Positions 10,099 to 19,304 of a stretch of 64,000 bases of DNA are shown piece by piece. Both the position numbers and the translations under genes were made by a program. Below the pieces are notes generated by a model that saw only the letters and a program-made list of their open reading frames with translations, searched no databases and was not told where the DNA came from. Each line of letters opens with the position of its first letter. Position 1 is the first letter of the stretch. This DNA is from Polyangiaceae bacterium (GTDB lineage Bacteria; Myxococcota_A; Polyangia; Polyangiales; Polyangiaceae): contig CBDCTZ010000014.1 of assembly GCA_965222375.1 (NCBI GenBank), positions 1,248,001 through 1,312,000 on the forward strand, in the 5' to 3' direction.

Positions 10099-10683
10099 GT
10101 GCACGCTGTTCCTGCATTCGCCATCGCCTTGACCTTGGCGCTCGGCTGCTCTCTGACGCGGAGCACGGACGAATACAACGCGGGCGGGGGTGGTACACAG
10201 TCTGCCTCCGGGGGTGCGGGCGCGATGAGCGGCGGCAGCGGCGGAGCTTCCGGTGGCGCCGCCGCTGCCGGGGCGGGAGCGGGCGGCAGCTCGGGGGGCG
10301 GCTCCGGAGGTTCAAGTGGTGGCAGCGGATCGCCTGCCGGAGGCGGGGCGGCCGGCTCCGGAAGTGGCACGGGGATAGGTGGCAGTAGCGGAGCATCAGG
10401 TGCGCCAGGGGTCGTATGTGGAGCCGATGTCTGCACCGGCACGCAGGCCTGTTGCATCAACGATGCGATCTCGCAGTGCACTGATGAGCCTTCAGACTGT
10501 TCGTCGGACGCGATACTCTTCTTTTGCGATGGTCCCGAGGATTGCGACGGCAGACTCTGTTGTGCGGTCAGCCCTCGAACTGTCTGCCAAGAGTCGTGTC
10601 CAGGGCCTCGCGTCTGCCACAACGACGGCGACTGCGCGGGCCAGAAGTGCAAAGGCGCGGGCAGCATCAGGCTCTGCGGTTGA
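10099..10683 (+). CDS. Lipoprotein with Gly-rich linker and Cys-rich C-terminal domain
   Basis: Lipobox LALGC; GGS/GGA linker; 12 Cys including CDGPEDC..CC; start GTG inferred. Confidence 0.75.
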   Translation: MHAVPAFAIALTLALGCSLTRSTDEYNAGGGGTQSASGGAGAMSGGSGGASGGAAAAGAGAGGSSGGGSGGSSGGSGSPAGGGAAGSGSGTGIGGSSGASGAPGVVCGADVCTGTQACCINDAISQCTDEPSDCSSDAILFFCDGPEDCDGRLCCAVSPRTVCQESCPGPRVCHNDGDCAGQKCKGAGSIRLCG

Positions 10684-10742
10684 CGGCCCGCGCCGAGCGG
10701 CGGCCTTGACCCGAAGAGCCACTGCTGAAACCCTGCCCACCC

Positions 10743-11234
10743 ATGCAGCCACCTCAGCAGAGTTTTGGCTCGGGTTTCAATCCACCTCCCGGCCCTCCAG
10801 GTGGCTACTTGCCCGGTGCGCCGGGGTTGAACCCCATGGCCGGCGAGCACGTTGCGCGCAGTCAGGTCGCCGGCCCTTCGATCGCTCTCATGGTCGTGTC
10901 CGCCTGCACGTTCCTTTGGTACCTCTTCGCTTTTGTGATGGTGATCTTCGCCGGCGGGTTGAGCTTTCTCGGCGGCGGAGCAGGGGATCCCGGTGCCATG
11001 CTCGGCGTCGGCATGGGGGCTGCGATCTACTTGTTCTTCGCGCTGGCTGCCGTCGTGACCTTCGTGGGGGCCCTGCGCATGAAGTCCCTCAAGAACTACG
11101 GACTTGGGGTCACGAGTGCCGTGTTGGCCATCCTGCCGTGCACCACATACATATGCTGCATGTTTACGATGCCCCTTGGGGTTTGGGCGCTAGTCGTCTT
11201 GCTGAAGCCAGAGGTCAAAGCCGAGTTCAGCTGA
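10743..11234 (+). CDS. Membrane protein with Pro/Gly-rich N-terminus (DUF4190-like)
   Basis: About 4 TM segments; GALRMKSLKNYGL, PC..CC..PLGVWALVVL..PEVKAEF. Confidence 0.8.
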   Translation: MQPPQQSFGSGFNPPPGPPGGYLPGAPGLNPMAGEHVARSQVAGPSIALMVVSACTFLWYLFAFVMVIFAGGLSFLGGGAGDPGAMLGVGMGAAIYLFFALAAVVTFVGALRMKSLKNYGLGVTSAVLAILPCTTYICCMFTMPLGVWALVVLLKPEVKAEFS

Positions 11235-11248
11235 GCCGCGGCGAGAAA

Positions 11249-12052
11249 TCACTTCGACGACAACACTACCCGTCGCGCCGTCACGCGCAGGGGGCCGACG
11301 GGCACGACGATGAAGCCAGCGCCCTCTCGATCCAAGAGCGCAACATGAGGGCCGGGGAGGCTCTGTGGGATCTGTGCCGCTGTATGAACAGCGATAGCGT
11401 CCTTGCCCAGCCTTCGCTGGTGTTCCCACAGGCTCTCTTGCTGCTCCAGAGACCGGCTCTGAGGCCAGGGGATGGAACAGCTGCGGAACGCGTCGAAAGC
11501 TACCTCCTCGCTGCCTCCGCAGCCTGCAAGGGCCTGACGCAAGGGCTCGATGTCCGCGCTTGCACCTGCGCGAACCTTGGGTAGCTGCGCCGGCAAGCTA
11601 GCCAAGTGGTACAACTGTTTGAGCCCGAGCAGACCCGCTAGTACAATGCCGGCTATGTTCCACTTGTCGGGCACTCGCCAGGCAGGGCGCCCGAGTCGAA
11701 AGTAGGTCGCAACGACCAGCGCGATCAGGATGGCTGGAGCCCAGAGTCGGACACGCAGTGCTTCGTGCTGAAACGTCAAGCTGGCCTGCAGGGCGAGTTC
11801 GATGGCCAGGGCGGGGCCGATTCCTAGAGACCGTCGCGCAAGGACGTACACGGCGAGCAGACTGATGCCGTTCATCATGATGAAAGGGACACGCATGGCG
11901 CTCTCCGGGTCCGTCGCGTCCTCGAGAACCACGATTTCTACGGCGTCAAAGGGTACGACCGTGGACAGCCAGTAGCGAAGGGCAGCGCCCGCTACCAAGG
12001 ACGCAAGCACCGCGAAGAGCTCGAGCCAAAACCAATCCTTGGGTCGTTCCAA
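11249..12052 (-). CDS. Membrane protein, weakly GT-C (ArnT/PMT)-like N-terminus
   Basis: About 5 TM segments; GAALR..PFDAVE..MR....G.SLLAVYVLARR.LG..PAL; TTG start. Confidence 0.65.
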   Translation of the reverse strand: MERPKDWFWLELFAVLASLVAGAALRYWLSTVVPFDAVEIVVLEDATDPESAMRVPFIMMNGISLLAVYVLARRSLGIGPALAIELALQASLTFQHEALRVRLWAPAILIALVVATYFRLGRPAWRVPDKWNIAGIVLAGLLGLKQLYHLASLPAQLPKVRAGASADIEPLRQALAGCGGSEEVAFDAFRSCSIPWPQSRSLEQQESLWEHQRRLGKDAIAVHTAAQIPQSLPGPHVALLDREGAGFIVVPVGPLRVTARRVVLSSK

Positions 12053-12221
12053 CCTGAAACCTACCCTCGCGTTGACGGGCGATGAGCCCTCATCGGCTCG
12101 ACGCTATCCGCGCTGAGATGCACGCCCAATTGGAACACGACCGCGGGATTCGGTGCTCAATTTGTTGCGCAAGGCCTGACGAAAAGCACGCCCGACGCGG
12201 GGCACCCAAGACTCTAGAGCG

Positions 12222-12986
12222 CTAGCAGTTCGGGCAGCCGCAACCCATGCCCTTGATGCCAGAGAGGTCACTGCAGGCTACGTAGGGAGAGATGCACACG
12301 CTGCTTCCCATGCAATCGCAATTTGGCGTGCCTTCGCAGCCCTTCGGCACGGTGACGCAGTGGTTGGAAATGGTGGCGTCGCCTCCTTGCGAATCCACCT
12401 TGACGCATGTCGTCAACGGGCCCGTGCAGTCGGCGCAACTCGGGACGTCCCTGCACTGAGTGGCGTCCACGCAAGGCCCCCAACACACGCCGGCTACGCT
12501 AACGACCTGTCCCGGCGGGCAAGTCGGCGGCAGAGACTCGCATAGGACCTTGGAGGTGTCGCAATCGAAGCCCGCTACGCAGCGGCCAGCCGCGCATATC
12601 GGTGCCTTGACGTTCTGCGATGTGCACATGTCGACTTTGCAGGAAGCAAAGCACGACGCGGGGTCCGGATGGTTCTTCGGCAGACCGACACAGGTGCAAC
12701 AATCGCTGAAGAGTTTGCAGTCGCTGTCGCTGTCGCACTCGGGCGCTGGGCCGCTGCTGCCACCCGTGCCGGCCGTTCCGCCGGTTCCAGCCGTAGCTCC
12801 GGAGCCACCGGAGCCGGCGACTGCGCCACTGCCTGCGGAGCCGCTGTTGCCAGCCGCCGCGCCGCTGCCACCGGTGGCTCCTGCGCCCGACGCGCCGGCG
12901 CTTCCACCGGCGCCGCTCTCGGCATTCCCGCCGCAGGCCGCAAGACCAAGAGTCAGGAGAGCTACCCAATGCGCCAGTAACTTCAT
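12222..12986 (-). CDS. Lipoprotein with Gly-rich linker and large Cys-rich domain
   Basis: MKLLAHWVALLTLGLAAC lipobox; GGSAG linker; more than 20 Cys. Confidence 0.85.
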   Translation of the reverse strand: MKLLAHWVALLTLGLAACGGNAESGAGGSAGASGAGATGGSGAAAGNSGSAGSGAVAGSGGSGATAGTGGTAGTGGSSGPAPECDSDSDCKLFSDCCTCVGLPKNHPDPASCFASCKVDMCTSQNVKAPICAAGRCVAGFDCDTSKVLCESLPPTCPPGQVVSVAGVCWGPCVDATQCRDVPSCADCTGPLTTCVKVDSQGGDATISNHCVTVPKGCEGTPNCDCMGSSVCISPYVACSDLSGIKGMGCGCPNC

Positions 12987-13133
12987 GAGCGTTTTGCCGT
13001 GCAGGACCCATGCCGAGTGGAGGACAGGCGAAAAAAGGCAGTGGCACACGCAGCGGGTTGGCACAGTCCCGGGCGCATGGATCACAACGCCACAGCACAG
13101 CTGTGATTCAATCGCGATGAGGGTCCCCGGACA

Positions 13134-14555
13134 GTGAATGCCGATGCTGATTGCCTAGGGTCATTGAAGCTGCTCGCGCGGGGCACGACCCGGCGGCTTC
13201 GGCGCACGGCAAGGCGTTGCGCGTGGACCGGCTTGTCCGGCGTCATGTTCACGACATCGGCTCTGGCTGGCAATGAGGAGTCGTATCTCTTCGGGGACCA
13301 AGCCGCGCTCTCGGGAGGGGCGGTGACCGCGAACATCCGAGACACATCTGCCATTTGGTACAACCCCGCCGGCCTAGGTCACAATCGGCGTGGTCGACTG
13401 GAGCTGAGCGGGACTGCGTTCACTGCGCGGTGGCGCAACACGAATGAAGGTCTGGTGGTGGACCTCGAGTCCCGCCGGGTCTCCCGCTCGATCAAGAGCC
13501 AGGAGGTTTTTGTCGTTCCAGCGTCCCTGACAGCGGCACGGGAGATCAGTCGTGGGCTGTCCATTGGTGTGGGCTTGTTCGCGACCGAACAAGATCTCTT
13601 CAGCTTCCAGCGCGCTATCCGCACCAGCGATGGCAGCATGAACATCGACTTGGCCGGGGCGCTTTCTGGCACGGTGATTCGTTACCATGCGGGGCCAAGC
13701 ATTGGTTGGCAGGCTACTCCCGAGCTGCGCGTCGGGTTCAGTGCCTTCGGCGTTTACGAGGACCACAAGGAGTTCCGCAAGCTCTTCGCCGACGTCACGA
13801 TGGCTGGCACCTACGAGACGACGTTTCTCCAACGTTTGGTTGATGCCAAGACGACGCGGGGTGGAGTGGAAGCGGTGCTCGGGGTTCAGTGGGACGCCGG
13901 TCAACGCTGGGAACTGGGAGCAACTCTGCGCTCGCCCCGCTGGGTGTTCTACGAACAGGCCGAGACCGACAACTCGACCGCGGTCATTTCGACCGGCCCA
14001 ACGGCGCCGACGGTGGCCGTTTCCCGCGTGGACCACGTGCCCATCAATTCCGAAGGCACCGGAGTGTCGCGTCCGCCTCGGGCGCACTTAGGAGTCGCCA
14101 AGGGCCTCGGGTCAGTCCAACTCTCCCTAGATGGTGAGGTTCGACCCAGCGGATTCGACACGCCGGTGGCGGACCGCACGGTGATCAACGTACGCGCAGG
14201 CTTGCTCTGGGCGGCCGGTGACAACACCCTACTCGGTGCCGGGGTGTTCTCTGACCGAAGTGGTGAGGCGCTGCCCAGCGTGTTCCCAGATACGCGTGTC
14301 GACTATTACGGCATCTCCATGGGCTGGAAGCAGAAGAACCGCGTCCGGCTGCGCGACGGCGAAGATGCCAGCTCTCTGCTATTTTCCACGACTATCGCTT
14401 TGCGCTATGCGCTCGGCCTAGGGGATGGCGCGCGTATTCGCTTCGACTTTCGGGATGCCCCAAACACCGGCCTCGTCGAGCGTATCGACGACGAACGTGT
14501 CGACGTAGTCCATCACGAGCTGAGTTTGTACTTGGGCACCGGGTTCGAGTTCTGA
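13134..14555 (+). CDS. Outer-membrane beta-barrel, OmpP1/FadL/TodX-like
   Basis: GGAVTA..DTSAIWYNPAGLG N-terminal motif; amphipathic beta strands; terminal YLGTGFEF; exact start uncertain. Confidence 0.75.
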   Translation: MNADADCLGSLKLLARGTTRRLRRTARRCAWTGLSGVMFTTSALAGNEESYLFGDQAALSGGAVTANIRDTSAIWYNPAGLGHNRRGRLELSGTAFTARWRNTNEGLVVDLESRRVSRSIKSQEVFVVPASLTAAREISRGLSIGVGLFATEQDLFSFQRAIRTSDGSMNIDLAGALSGTVIRYHAGPSIGWQATPELRVGFSAFGVYEDHKEFRKLFADVTMAGTYETTFLQRLVDAKTTRGGVEAVLGVQWDAGQRWELGATLRSPRWVFYEQAETDNSTAVISTGPTAPTVAVSRVDHVPINSEGTGVSRPPRAHLGVAKGLGSVQLSLDGEVRPSGFDTPVADRTVINVRAGLLWAAGDNTLLGAGVFSDRSGEALPSVFPDTRVDYYGISMGWKQKNRVRLRDGEDASSLLFSTTIALRYALGLGDGARIRFDFRDAPNTGLVERIDDERVDVVHHELSLYLGTGFEF

Positions 14556-14559
14556 GTCG

Positions 14560-14900
14560 CCCCCGCAGGCTTGTGACTTTGCGCCCCCAACTAGAGCGGC
14601 TCATCAAATGCCGTCTCGGACACCTGCGCCGGTGCGATACAGCGAGACAGACCCGCTCAACGACTTGGATTCAGAGTTGTGAGCGCAACACTGAAATCGG
14701 CTGAGGGATCCCCCCGCAGGTCCGCGGCCCCTCGTGCGAGAGTTCTCGCGCCGCGGCCGCGCGACCCAGCACAGCTCTGTTGCCACCCAACAAAGTAGGG
14801 GAGGGGTTGGTCTGCAACAGAGCTGCTCTGCCGCCCTTGGCAGACGCAGCAGCGGCTCTCCCCTGCGGTCGCCCGCGACTCGCTGCCCGCAGCGCGGGGG
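14560..14900. other. Highly structured intergenic region (candidate ncRNA or miniature repeat element)
   Basis: Stems: TTCAG/CTGAA 14670-14695, GCGAGA/TCTCGC 14736-14749, perfect 12-bp CAGCTCTGTTGC/GCAACAGAGCTG 14772-14825, TCTGCC/GGCAGA 14827-14844, long-range CCGCAGG/CCTGCGG. Confidence 0.5.
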
Positions 14901-14909
14901 CACGGGCGG

Positions 14910-15923
14910 CTAGGTTGGCGGCACGATGAGGGTGATTGCGCGCTTCAGGACGGTGACGCGGAATTGGTGCGAGCAGGGATACTCTTCGCCGTCGATTTGA
15001 GCCGCGATGGCCACATCGCCTTCTTGGGCCAGGGTCACATCGAATTCGCCGGCGGAAATCGGCCGTGAGTGCTCAACGCCGATTTCGTTGAGCATCTCTT
15101 CCGTGAGCGGGTTTCCGTCGAGATCTACGATCGCCTTGCTGGTCCACTCCCGCTTGCCTCGGAACACCACGAGTTCGAAACAGCCGTCGTCGGGTTGGCT
15201 CTCCCGATCGAACACCCAGGCACCGCCGTAGACGCGGGTGCCTTTGATCACGAGATCCGTGAGCCCGTGAAAGGTGTGGGTTTGGCCGTCCGCCACTATG
15301 ACTGCTGAGAACTTGTCGTCGATGATCTGGGATTCCAAGAAGGTGCGTAGGAACGCACCGGCGTAAACGAGCTGATCGCGATAGACTTCTTTCAAGGGCC
15401 CAAGGCCGGCCACTACTTCGCGATCCTGGTTACGTACGGCTAGCACGCGAGCACTCAAGCCCCAGCCCGCGGAGTCGAAGAAGAGCGCGCTCTGCTCGAC
15501 TTTTCCGACTGGGTCGCAGAGTTCCAAGCGCCCGCCGTCCAGTCCGGTGGTCTTGCCAAGGGCCACCACTTCGACGTTTCTCGGCAGGGCTGCCTCCGTC
15601 GCCTCCAGGCCAAAGCTCTTGCCCTGGTCGTTGGCTGTGCCCGTGGGCAGCATGCCCATGCGAACCCTCTTGTTTTGGCCGGACTCGATGATTGCGGCGG
15701 CGACCTCTCGGAAAGTACCGTCGCCGCCCATGGACACGACGACTTCGTCGCCCCCTTCGCGCAGGCGTGTGGCTAGGGCCTGCACAGTCTTTCCGCCGGG
15801 GAGGGTGGAAAACAGTTCCGCCTCGATGTCATGAACCCGAAACAACTCCCGAGCGCGTTCGATGCGCTGTTCGTTCTTACCGGATTGCGCCGTTGGATTG
15901 CCGACGAGCAGGAGTTTGTTCAT
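14910..15923 (-). CDS. Diacylglycerol/lipid kinase family protein (YegS/BmrU-like)
   Basis: NPTAQSG, GGDGT, LPTGTAND, YGG, DDG.FELV, QIDGE. Confidence 0.92.
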   Translation of the reverse strand: MNKLLLVGNPTAQSGKNEQRIERARELFRVHDIEAELFSTLPGGKTVQALATRLREGGDEVVVSMGGDGTFREVAAAIIESGQNKRVRMGMLPTGTANDQGKSFGLEATEAALPRNVEVVALGKTTGLDGGRLELCDPVGKVEQSALFFDSAGWGLSARVLAVRNQDREVVAGLGPLKEVYRDQLVYAGAFLRTFLESQIIDDKFSAVIVADGQTHTFHGLTDLVIKGTRVYGGAWVFDRESQPDDGCFELVVFRGKREWTSKAIVDLDGNPLTEEMLNEIGVEHSRPISAGEFDVTLAQEGDVAIAAQIDGEEYPCSHQFRVTVLKRAITLIVPPT

Positions 15924-16774
15924 GGCATAGCCTTCTTACGCTGGGCGTGGGCGGCAGTGAAGGCGGCGCCGAGAAAAAATGCGTGGGCATTGTAGTGAGC
16001 CCAGAGCATGAGCATGACGATGGCGCTCGCGGTCCCATAGATGCTCACGTCGCGGTAGGTCACGTAGGCGGTGACAGCGAGGGAACCCAGAGTGAAGAGC
16101 AGAGCGGTCACTGCGCTGCCGATGAGGGCGTCGCGGTTCGATACTTTGGTTCGGGGCAGGACACGAAACATGATAAAGAACAGCACCGTAGTCGTGAAAA
16201 ATGAGGCGATGCCTTCCAGCGCTCGGAATCCCAGCGAAGCCTCCAGGCTCATGGCGTGGCGCGCGGCGGCCAGTCCGGTGTGGACGAGCGTCGTGGCCAT
16301 GAGCAGGATCCCCACGACCAGCACCATGGCGAAAGAAAGCGCACGTTTCTGCACCTGGGCTAGTGCACGGTCGAACCAGGTCTTGGGCTTGGGGGCGGGC
16401 TCGGCGTTCCAGAGCAAGTCGAGGGCTCGAGTGATTTGTGAAAACAGTCGTGTCGAAGCGTAGAGCAGCACGGCGATCCCGAAGAGGTTGGTCAGCGAGC
16501 CTGTCGTTCGGCTCTCGGTGGCCTGGATCAGATCTGCGATGGTCGTGGCACCTTTGGCGCCGACCCAGGCCGAGAGTTGCGTCTGCAGAGTGGTGTTGAG
16601 GCTGTCCGCCTCCATGAAGACAGCGGCAACCCGCAGCGCGATTACCAATATGGGCACGACAGACAGCAACGCATAGAAGGCGATGCTTGCGGATAGCAGT
16701 CGCGCACCGCGCTCAGAAAATATCCGATACGCATCCTTCGCCAGCTGTTTGAAGTCGCGCCAAGCTGCGAGCAC
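15920..16774 (-). CDS. YihY/virulence factor BrkB family membrane protein
   Basis: LSASIAFYALLSVVP, LFSQITRALDLLW, IYGTASAIVMLMLWAHY..FFLGA; 4-nt overlap with the lipid kinase gene; GTG start inferred. Confidence 0.9.
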   Translation of the reverse strand: MLAAWRDFKQLAKDAYRIFSERGARLLSASIAFYALLSVVPILVIALRVAAVFMEADSLNTTLQTQLSAWVGAKGATTIADLIQATESRTTGSLTNLFGIAVLLYASTRLFSQITRALDLLWNAEPAPKPKTWFDRALAQVQKRALSFAMVLVVGILLMATTLVHTGLAAARHAMSLEASLGFRALEGIASFFTTTVLFFIMFRVLPRTKVSNRDALIGSAVTALLFTLGSLAVTAYVTYRDVSIYGTASAIVMLMLWAHYNAHAFFLGAAFTAAHAQRKKAMP

Positions 16775-16865
16775 ACCCGAGGATAGGCGATATTCTTCTC
16801 TTCGTCGGCGGATCTCTCGCGGCACCGAAGCGATGCTTCTGCTAGACCTCGCAGCTGGGGTGAAG

Positions 16866-17153
16866 ATGCGACATTCGACTGCGTGGTTCGGGACAATCGT
16901 GGCGCTTTCGCTGCTGGGTTGCAGCAGTGACGAAACCACTGAGGCGAAAAAGCCAGCGTCGACGAGTGCTGCCCAGACGCAAGCGATTGTCACGCTGGAG
17001 TTCGGCGCATCTGCGGTCTTCTCCCCAGAACTCCAACAGAAGGTGTCGTGTCTCTTCAGCTGGACGCAGGTCAGCCCTTCGAACAGGCCATGCTCACGCC
17101 GTGCCAAACGAGTTGACCGAGTCTCGGTCGCTCTGTACGCTGTAGCAGCGTGA
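16866..17153 (+). CDS. Small lipoprotein or truncated lipoprotein remnant
   Basis: Good signal and lipobox MRHSTAWFGTIVALSLLGC; the rest is unrecognisable. Confidence 0.45.
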   Translation: MRHSTAWFGTIVALSLLGCSSDETTEAKKPASTSAAQTQAIVTLEFGASAVFSPELQQKVSCLFSWTQVSPSNRPCSRRAKRVDRVSVALYAVAA

Positions 17154-17959
17154 CGAAGCTCTTGCGGGTCACCATTATCGGCGTGCTGGGTGTAGGCCTC
17201 TCGCTGAGCGCATGCGCGCAAGCCGACGCGGAATCAGCTCCTATGTCCAAGGCGGGAGCCGGAGGTGGCTCTGGGGACGCCTCGGTTGTCGGCAGTTCGG
17301 GGTTTCCAAGCGCCGGCGGCAAAGGCGGAGGTGGTGCCTCCGGCGCAGCAGGGGCCGCGGGAACGAGCTCCGGTGGCGCGGCGTCCGGTGGCACCGGTGG
17401 GAGCAGCAGTGGCGGTGCCAGTTCTGGTGGCGCGAGTTCGGGTGGTGCCGGGTCTGGAGGCGTGAGCACCGGCGGCACGAGTTCCGGCGGGACTAGCTCC
17501 GGTGGCACGAGTTCCGGTGGCACGAGCTCCGGTGGCACGAGCTCAGGCGGCGCGAGTTCTGGCGGGACTAGCTCCGGTGGCACGAGCTCAGGTGGCACGA
17601 GCAGTGGGGGAAGCGGTGGGTCGGCCTGTGCAACGCTGGCTTCAGGACAGTCCTTGGGAAAGGGGCAGTCCAAGAAGTCCTGCGATGGGCGTTTCACGCT
17701 CATCCTGCAAACGGACGGCAACCTGGTTCTCTACGGTCCGCCCGGGGCGCTCTGGTCGAGCAACACGGCGGGCTCGGCGGCAAACGTCGCGGCGATGCAG
17801 ACCGACGGAAACTTCGTGGTGTACGCTGGCGCGACGCCGCTATGGTCGTCCAACACGGCGAACAACCCCGGCGCGTTCTTGTCGGTTCAAAACGACGGTA
17901 ATACGGTGATCTACAAGGGTGCTTCCGCTCTTTGGTCCACAAAGACCTGCTGTCATTGA
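17150..17959 (+). CDS. Lipoprotein with (SSGGT)n linker and bulb-type (GNA/curculin) mannose-binding lectin domain
   Basis: Lipobox LSAC; three QxDxNxVxY motifs (QTDGNLVLY, QTDGNFVVY, QNDGNTVIY) with LWSSNT. Confidence 0.92.
   Translation: MTKLLRVTIIGVLGVGLSLSACAQADAESAPMSKAGAGGGSGDASVVGSSGFPSAGGKGGGGASGAAGAAGTSSGGAASGGTGGSSSGGASSGGASSGGAGSGGVSTGGTSSGGTSSGGTSSGGTSSGGTSSGGASSGGTSSGGTSSGGTSSGGSGGSACATLASGQSLGKGQSKKSCDGRFTLILQTDGNLVLYGPPGALWSSNTAGSAANVAAMQTDGNFVVYAGATPLWSSNTANNPGAFLSVQNDGNTVIYKGASALWSTKTCCH
17360..17620 (+). repeat. Coding 15-bp minisatellite (ACGAGCTCCGGTGGC-like; TSSGG)
   Basis: More than 10 imperfect units inside the lectin gene. Confidence 0.85.
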
Positions 17960-18007
17960 GGTTTTTGCAGCTGGCACTGGCGTGCGAGGCGTGCTGCAAT
18001 GCGCGCC

Positions 18008-18385
18008 ATGAAGAACTTGAGCCAGGTGTGCGTCGCGTGTTGCGCGTTGGTCTTTGTCGCTTGTGGTGGTTCCAAAGAACCCGAGACTCAGAACCAGCCG
18101 CCGCCCGGTTACTACCAACAGCAGCCGCCTCCGCCTCAATACGGGCCGCCTCCTGCGCAGCCCGCTCCCACGGCTGCCCCGGCACCGGCTCCAACGCCGG
18201 CGCCCACCACGCCTCCGGCTGCGCCCACGACGACTGCGCCTCCAGCGGGCACTGGAGCCGCGCCGGCAGCCAGCGGCACGCCGACGGCAATTCCTGGCGT
18301 GATGAAGAACGCTGATGGAACCTGCTCCCTCACCGTGCCTGGGGCAGCCCAGCCCATGGTTGGGCCCTGCCCACCTGGGATCTGA
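18008..18385 (+). CDS. Small Pro/Gln-rich lipoprotein
   Basis: Lipobox FVAC; PPPGYYQQQ and PAPA tracts; C-terminal Cys pair. Confidence 0.8.
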   Translation: MKNLSQVCVACCALVFVACGGSKEPETQNQPPPGYYQQQPPPPQYGPPPAQPAPTAAPAPAPTPAPTTPPAAPTTTAPPAGTGAAPAASGTPTAIPGVMKNADGTCSLTVPGAAQPMVGPCPPGI

Positions 18386-18421
18386 GTCGCATAGGTCTCC
18401 AATAGCTGCAGCATCGTCGCT

Positions 18422-19270
18422 ATGAAGTGGCAAAGAGGCTACCAGAGCAAGGACGTCGAAGACCGTCGTGGCACGCGGCGTCGCCGAGGCGGTCCCGCAC
18501 TCAAGCTCGGAGTTGGCGGTACCCTGATTGGGCTCGTCGTATTGGTCGCCTTCGGCAAGGATTACCTGGGCGTGCTTTCCGCGGTGGGGCCGAGCGCCGG
18601 GCCTGCTGCTCCTGCCGCTTCGAGCCCAGAGCAGAAAGAGCAAGTGGAGTTCATTTCTTTCGCCCTGGATGACATCCAGAACACCTGGGAGCCGATTTTC
18701 AGAAAGCGCGGACAGAACTATCAGCGAGCCAAGCTGGTCTTGTTCAACGATAGCGTGTCCTCGGCCTGCGGCGAGCAGAGCTCGGCGGTGGGCCCCTTCT
18801 ATTGCGGTGGAGACAAGAAGGCGTACATCGATCTGACGTTCTACGGCGATCTCAAGAAGCGCTTTGGAGCGCCCGGGGACTTCGCTCAGGCCTACGTGCT
18901 CGCTCACGAAATCGGTCACCACGTCCAGAACCTGTTGGGCATCAGTCGGAGCGTGGCGCGTCTCAAACGCGCGTCGCCTGCGAAGAAGAACGCACTGTCG
19001 GTTCGGCAGGAACTTCAGGCCGACTGCTTTGCTGGCGTCTGGGCGCATTCCACCCGCAAGCGCAAACTGCTCGAGGCTGGAGACGTGGATGAGGCGCTCA
19101 CGGCAGCGTCCGCCATCGGCGACGACACGCTGCAACGCCGCGCGCGCGGCAAGGTTTCGCCGGAGACCTTCACCCACGGCACTGCCGAGCAGCGCAAGCG
19201 CTGGTTCAAGGTCGGCATGGACTCCGGGAGTGTGGATGCGTGCGACACTCTGAAGGCCGACACGCTCTAG
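18422..19270 (+). CDS. Neutral zinc metallopeptidase, YpfJ family
   Basis: VEDRRG, SACG, GPFYC, GDFAQAYVLAHEIGHHVQ, ELQADCFAG, IGDD.LQ, FTHGTAEQR. Confidence 0.95.
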   Translation: MKWQRGYQSKDVEDRRGTRRRRGGPALKLGVGGTLIGLVVLVAFGKDYLGVLSAVGPSAGPAAPAASSPEQKEQVEFISFALDDIQNTWEPIFRKRGQNYQRAKLVLFNDSVSSACGEQSSAVGPFYCGGDKKAYIDLTFYGDLKKRFGAPGDFAQAYVLAHEIGHHVQNLLGISRSVARLKRASPAKKNALSVRQELQADCFAGVWAHSTRKRKLLEAGDVDEALTAASAIGDDTLQRRARGKVSPETFTHGTAEQRKRWFKVGMDSGSVDACDTLKADTL

Positions 19271-19304
19271 CCTTGTCCTCGCGCTTGGGGGGTCGATTGC
19301 GCCC

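Noticed and set aside
14556..14620. c-di-GMP-I riboswitch (minus-strand GGCGCAAAG) or tmRNA/SRP/RNase P in the structured region
   Set aside because: Lacks the GGCAAAC..GAAA P2 stem and points into the antisense of a gene end. No tmRNA, SRP or RNase P signature sequences were found.
17071..17721. (PPELV)n repeat protein on the minus strand
   Set aside because: Reverse-complement reading of the TSSGG linker of the lectin gene.
17972..17985. Sigma54 promoter TGGCACTGGCGTGC
   Set aside because: GG-to-GC spacing is 9, not 10; better explained as the -35 region of a sigma70-type promoter.
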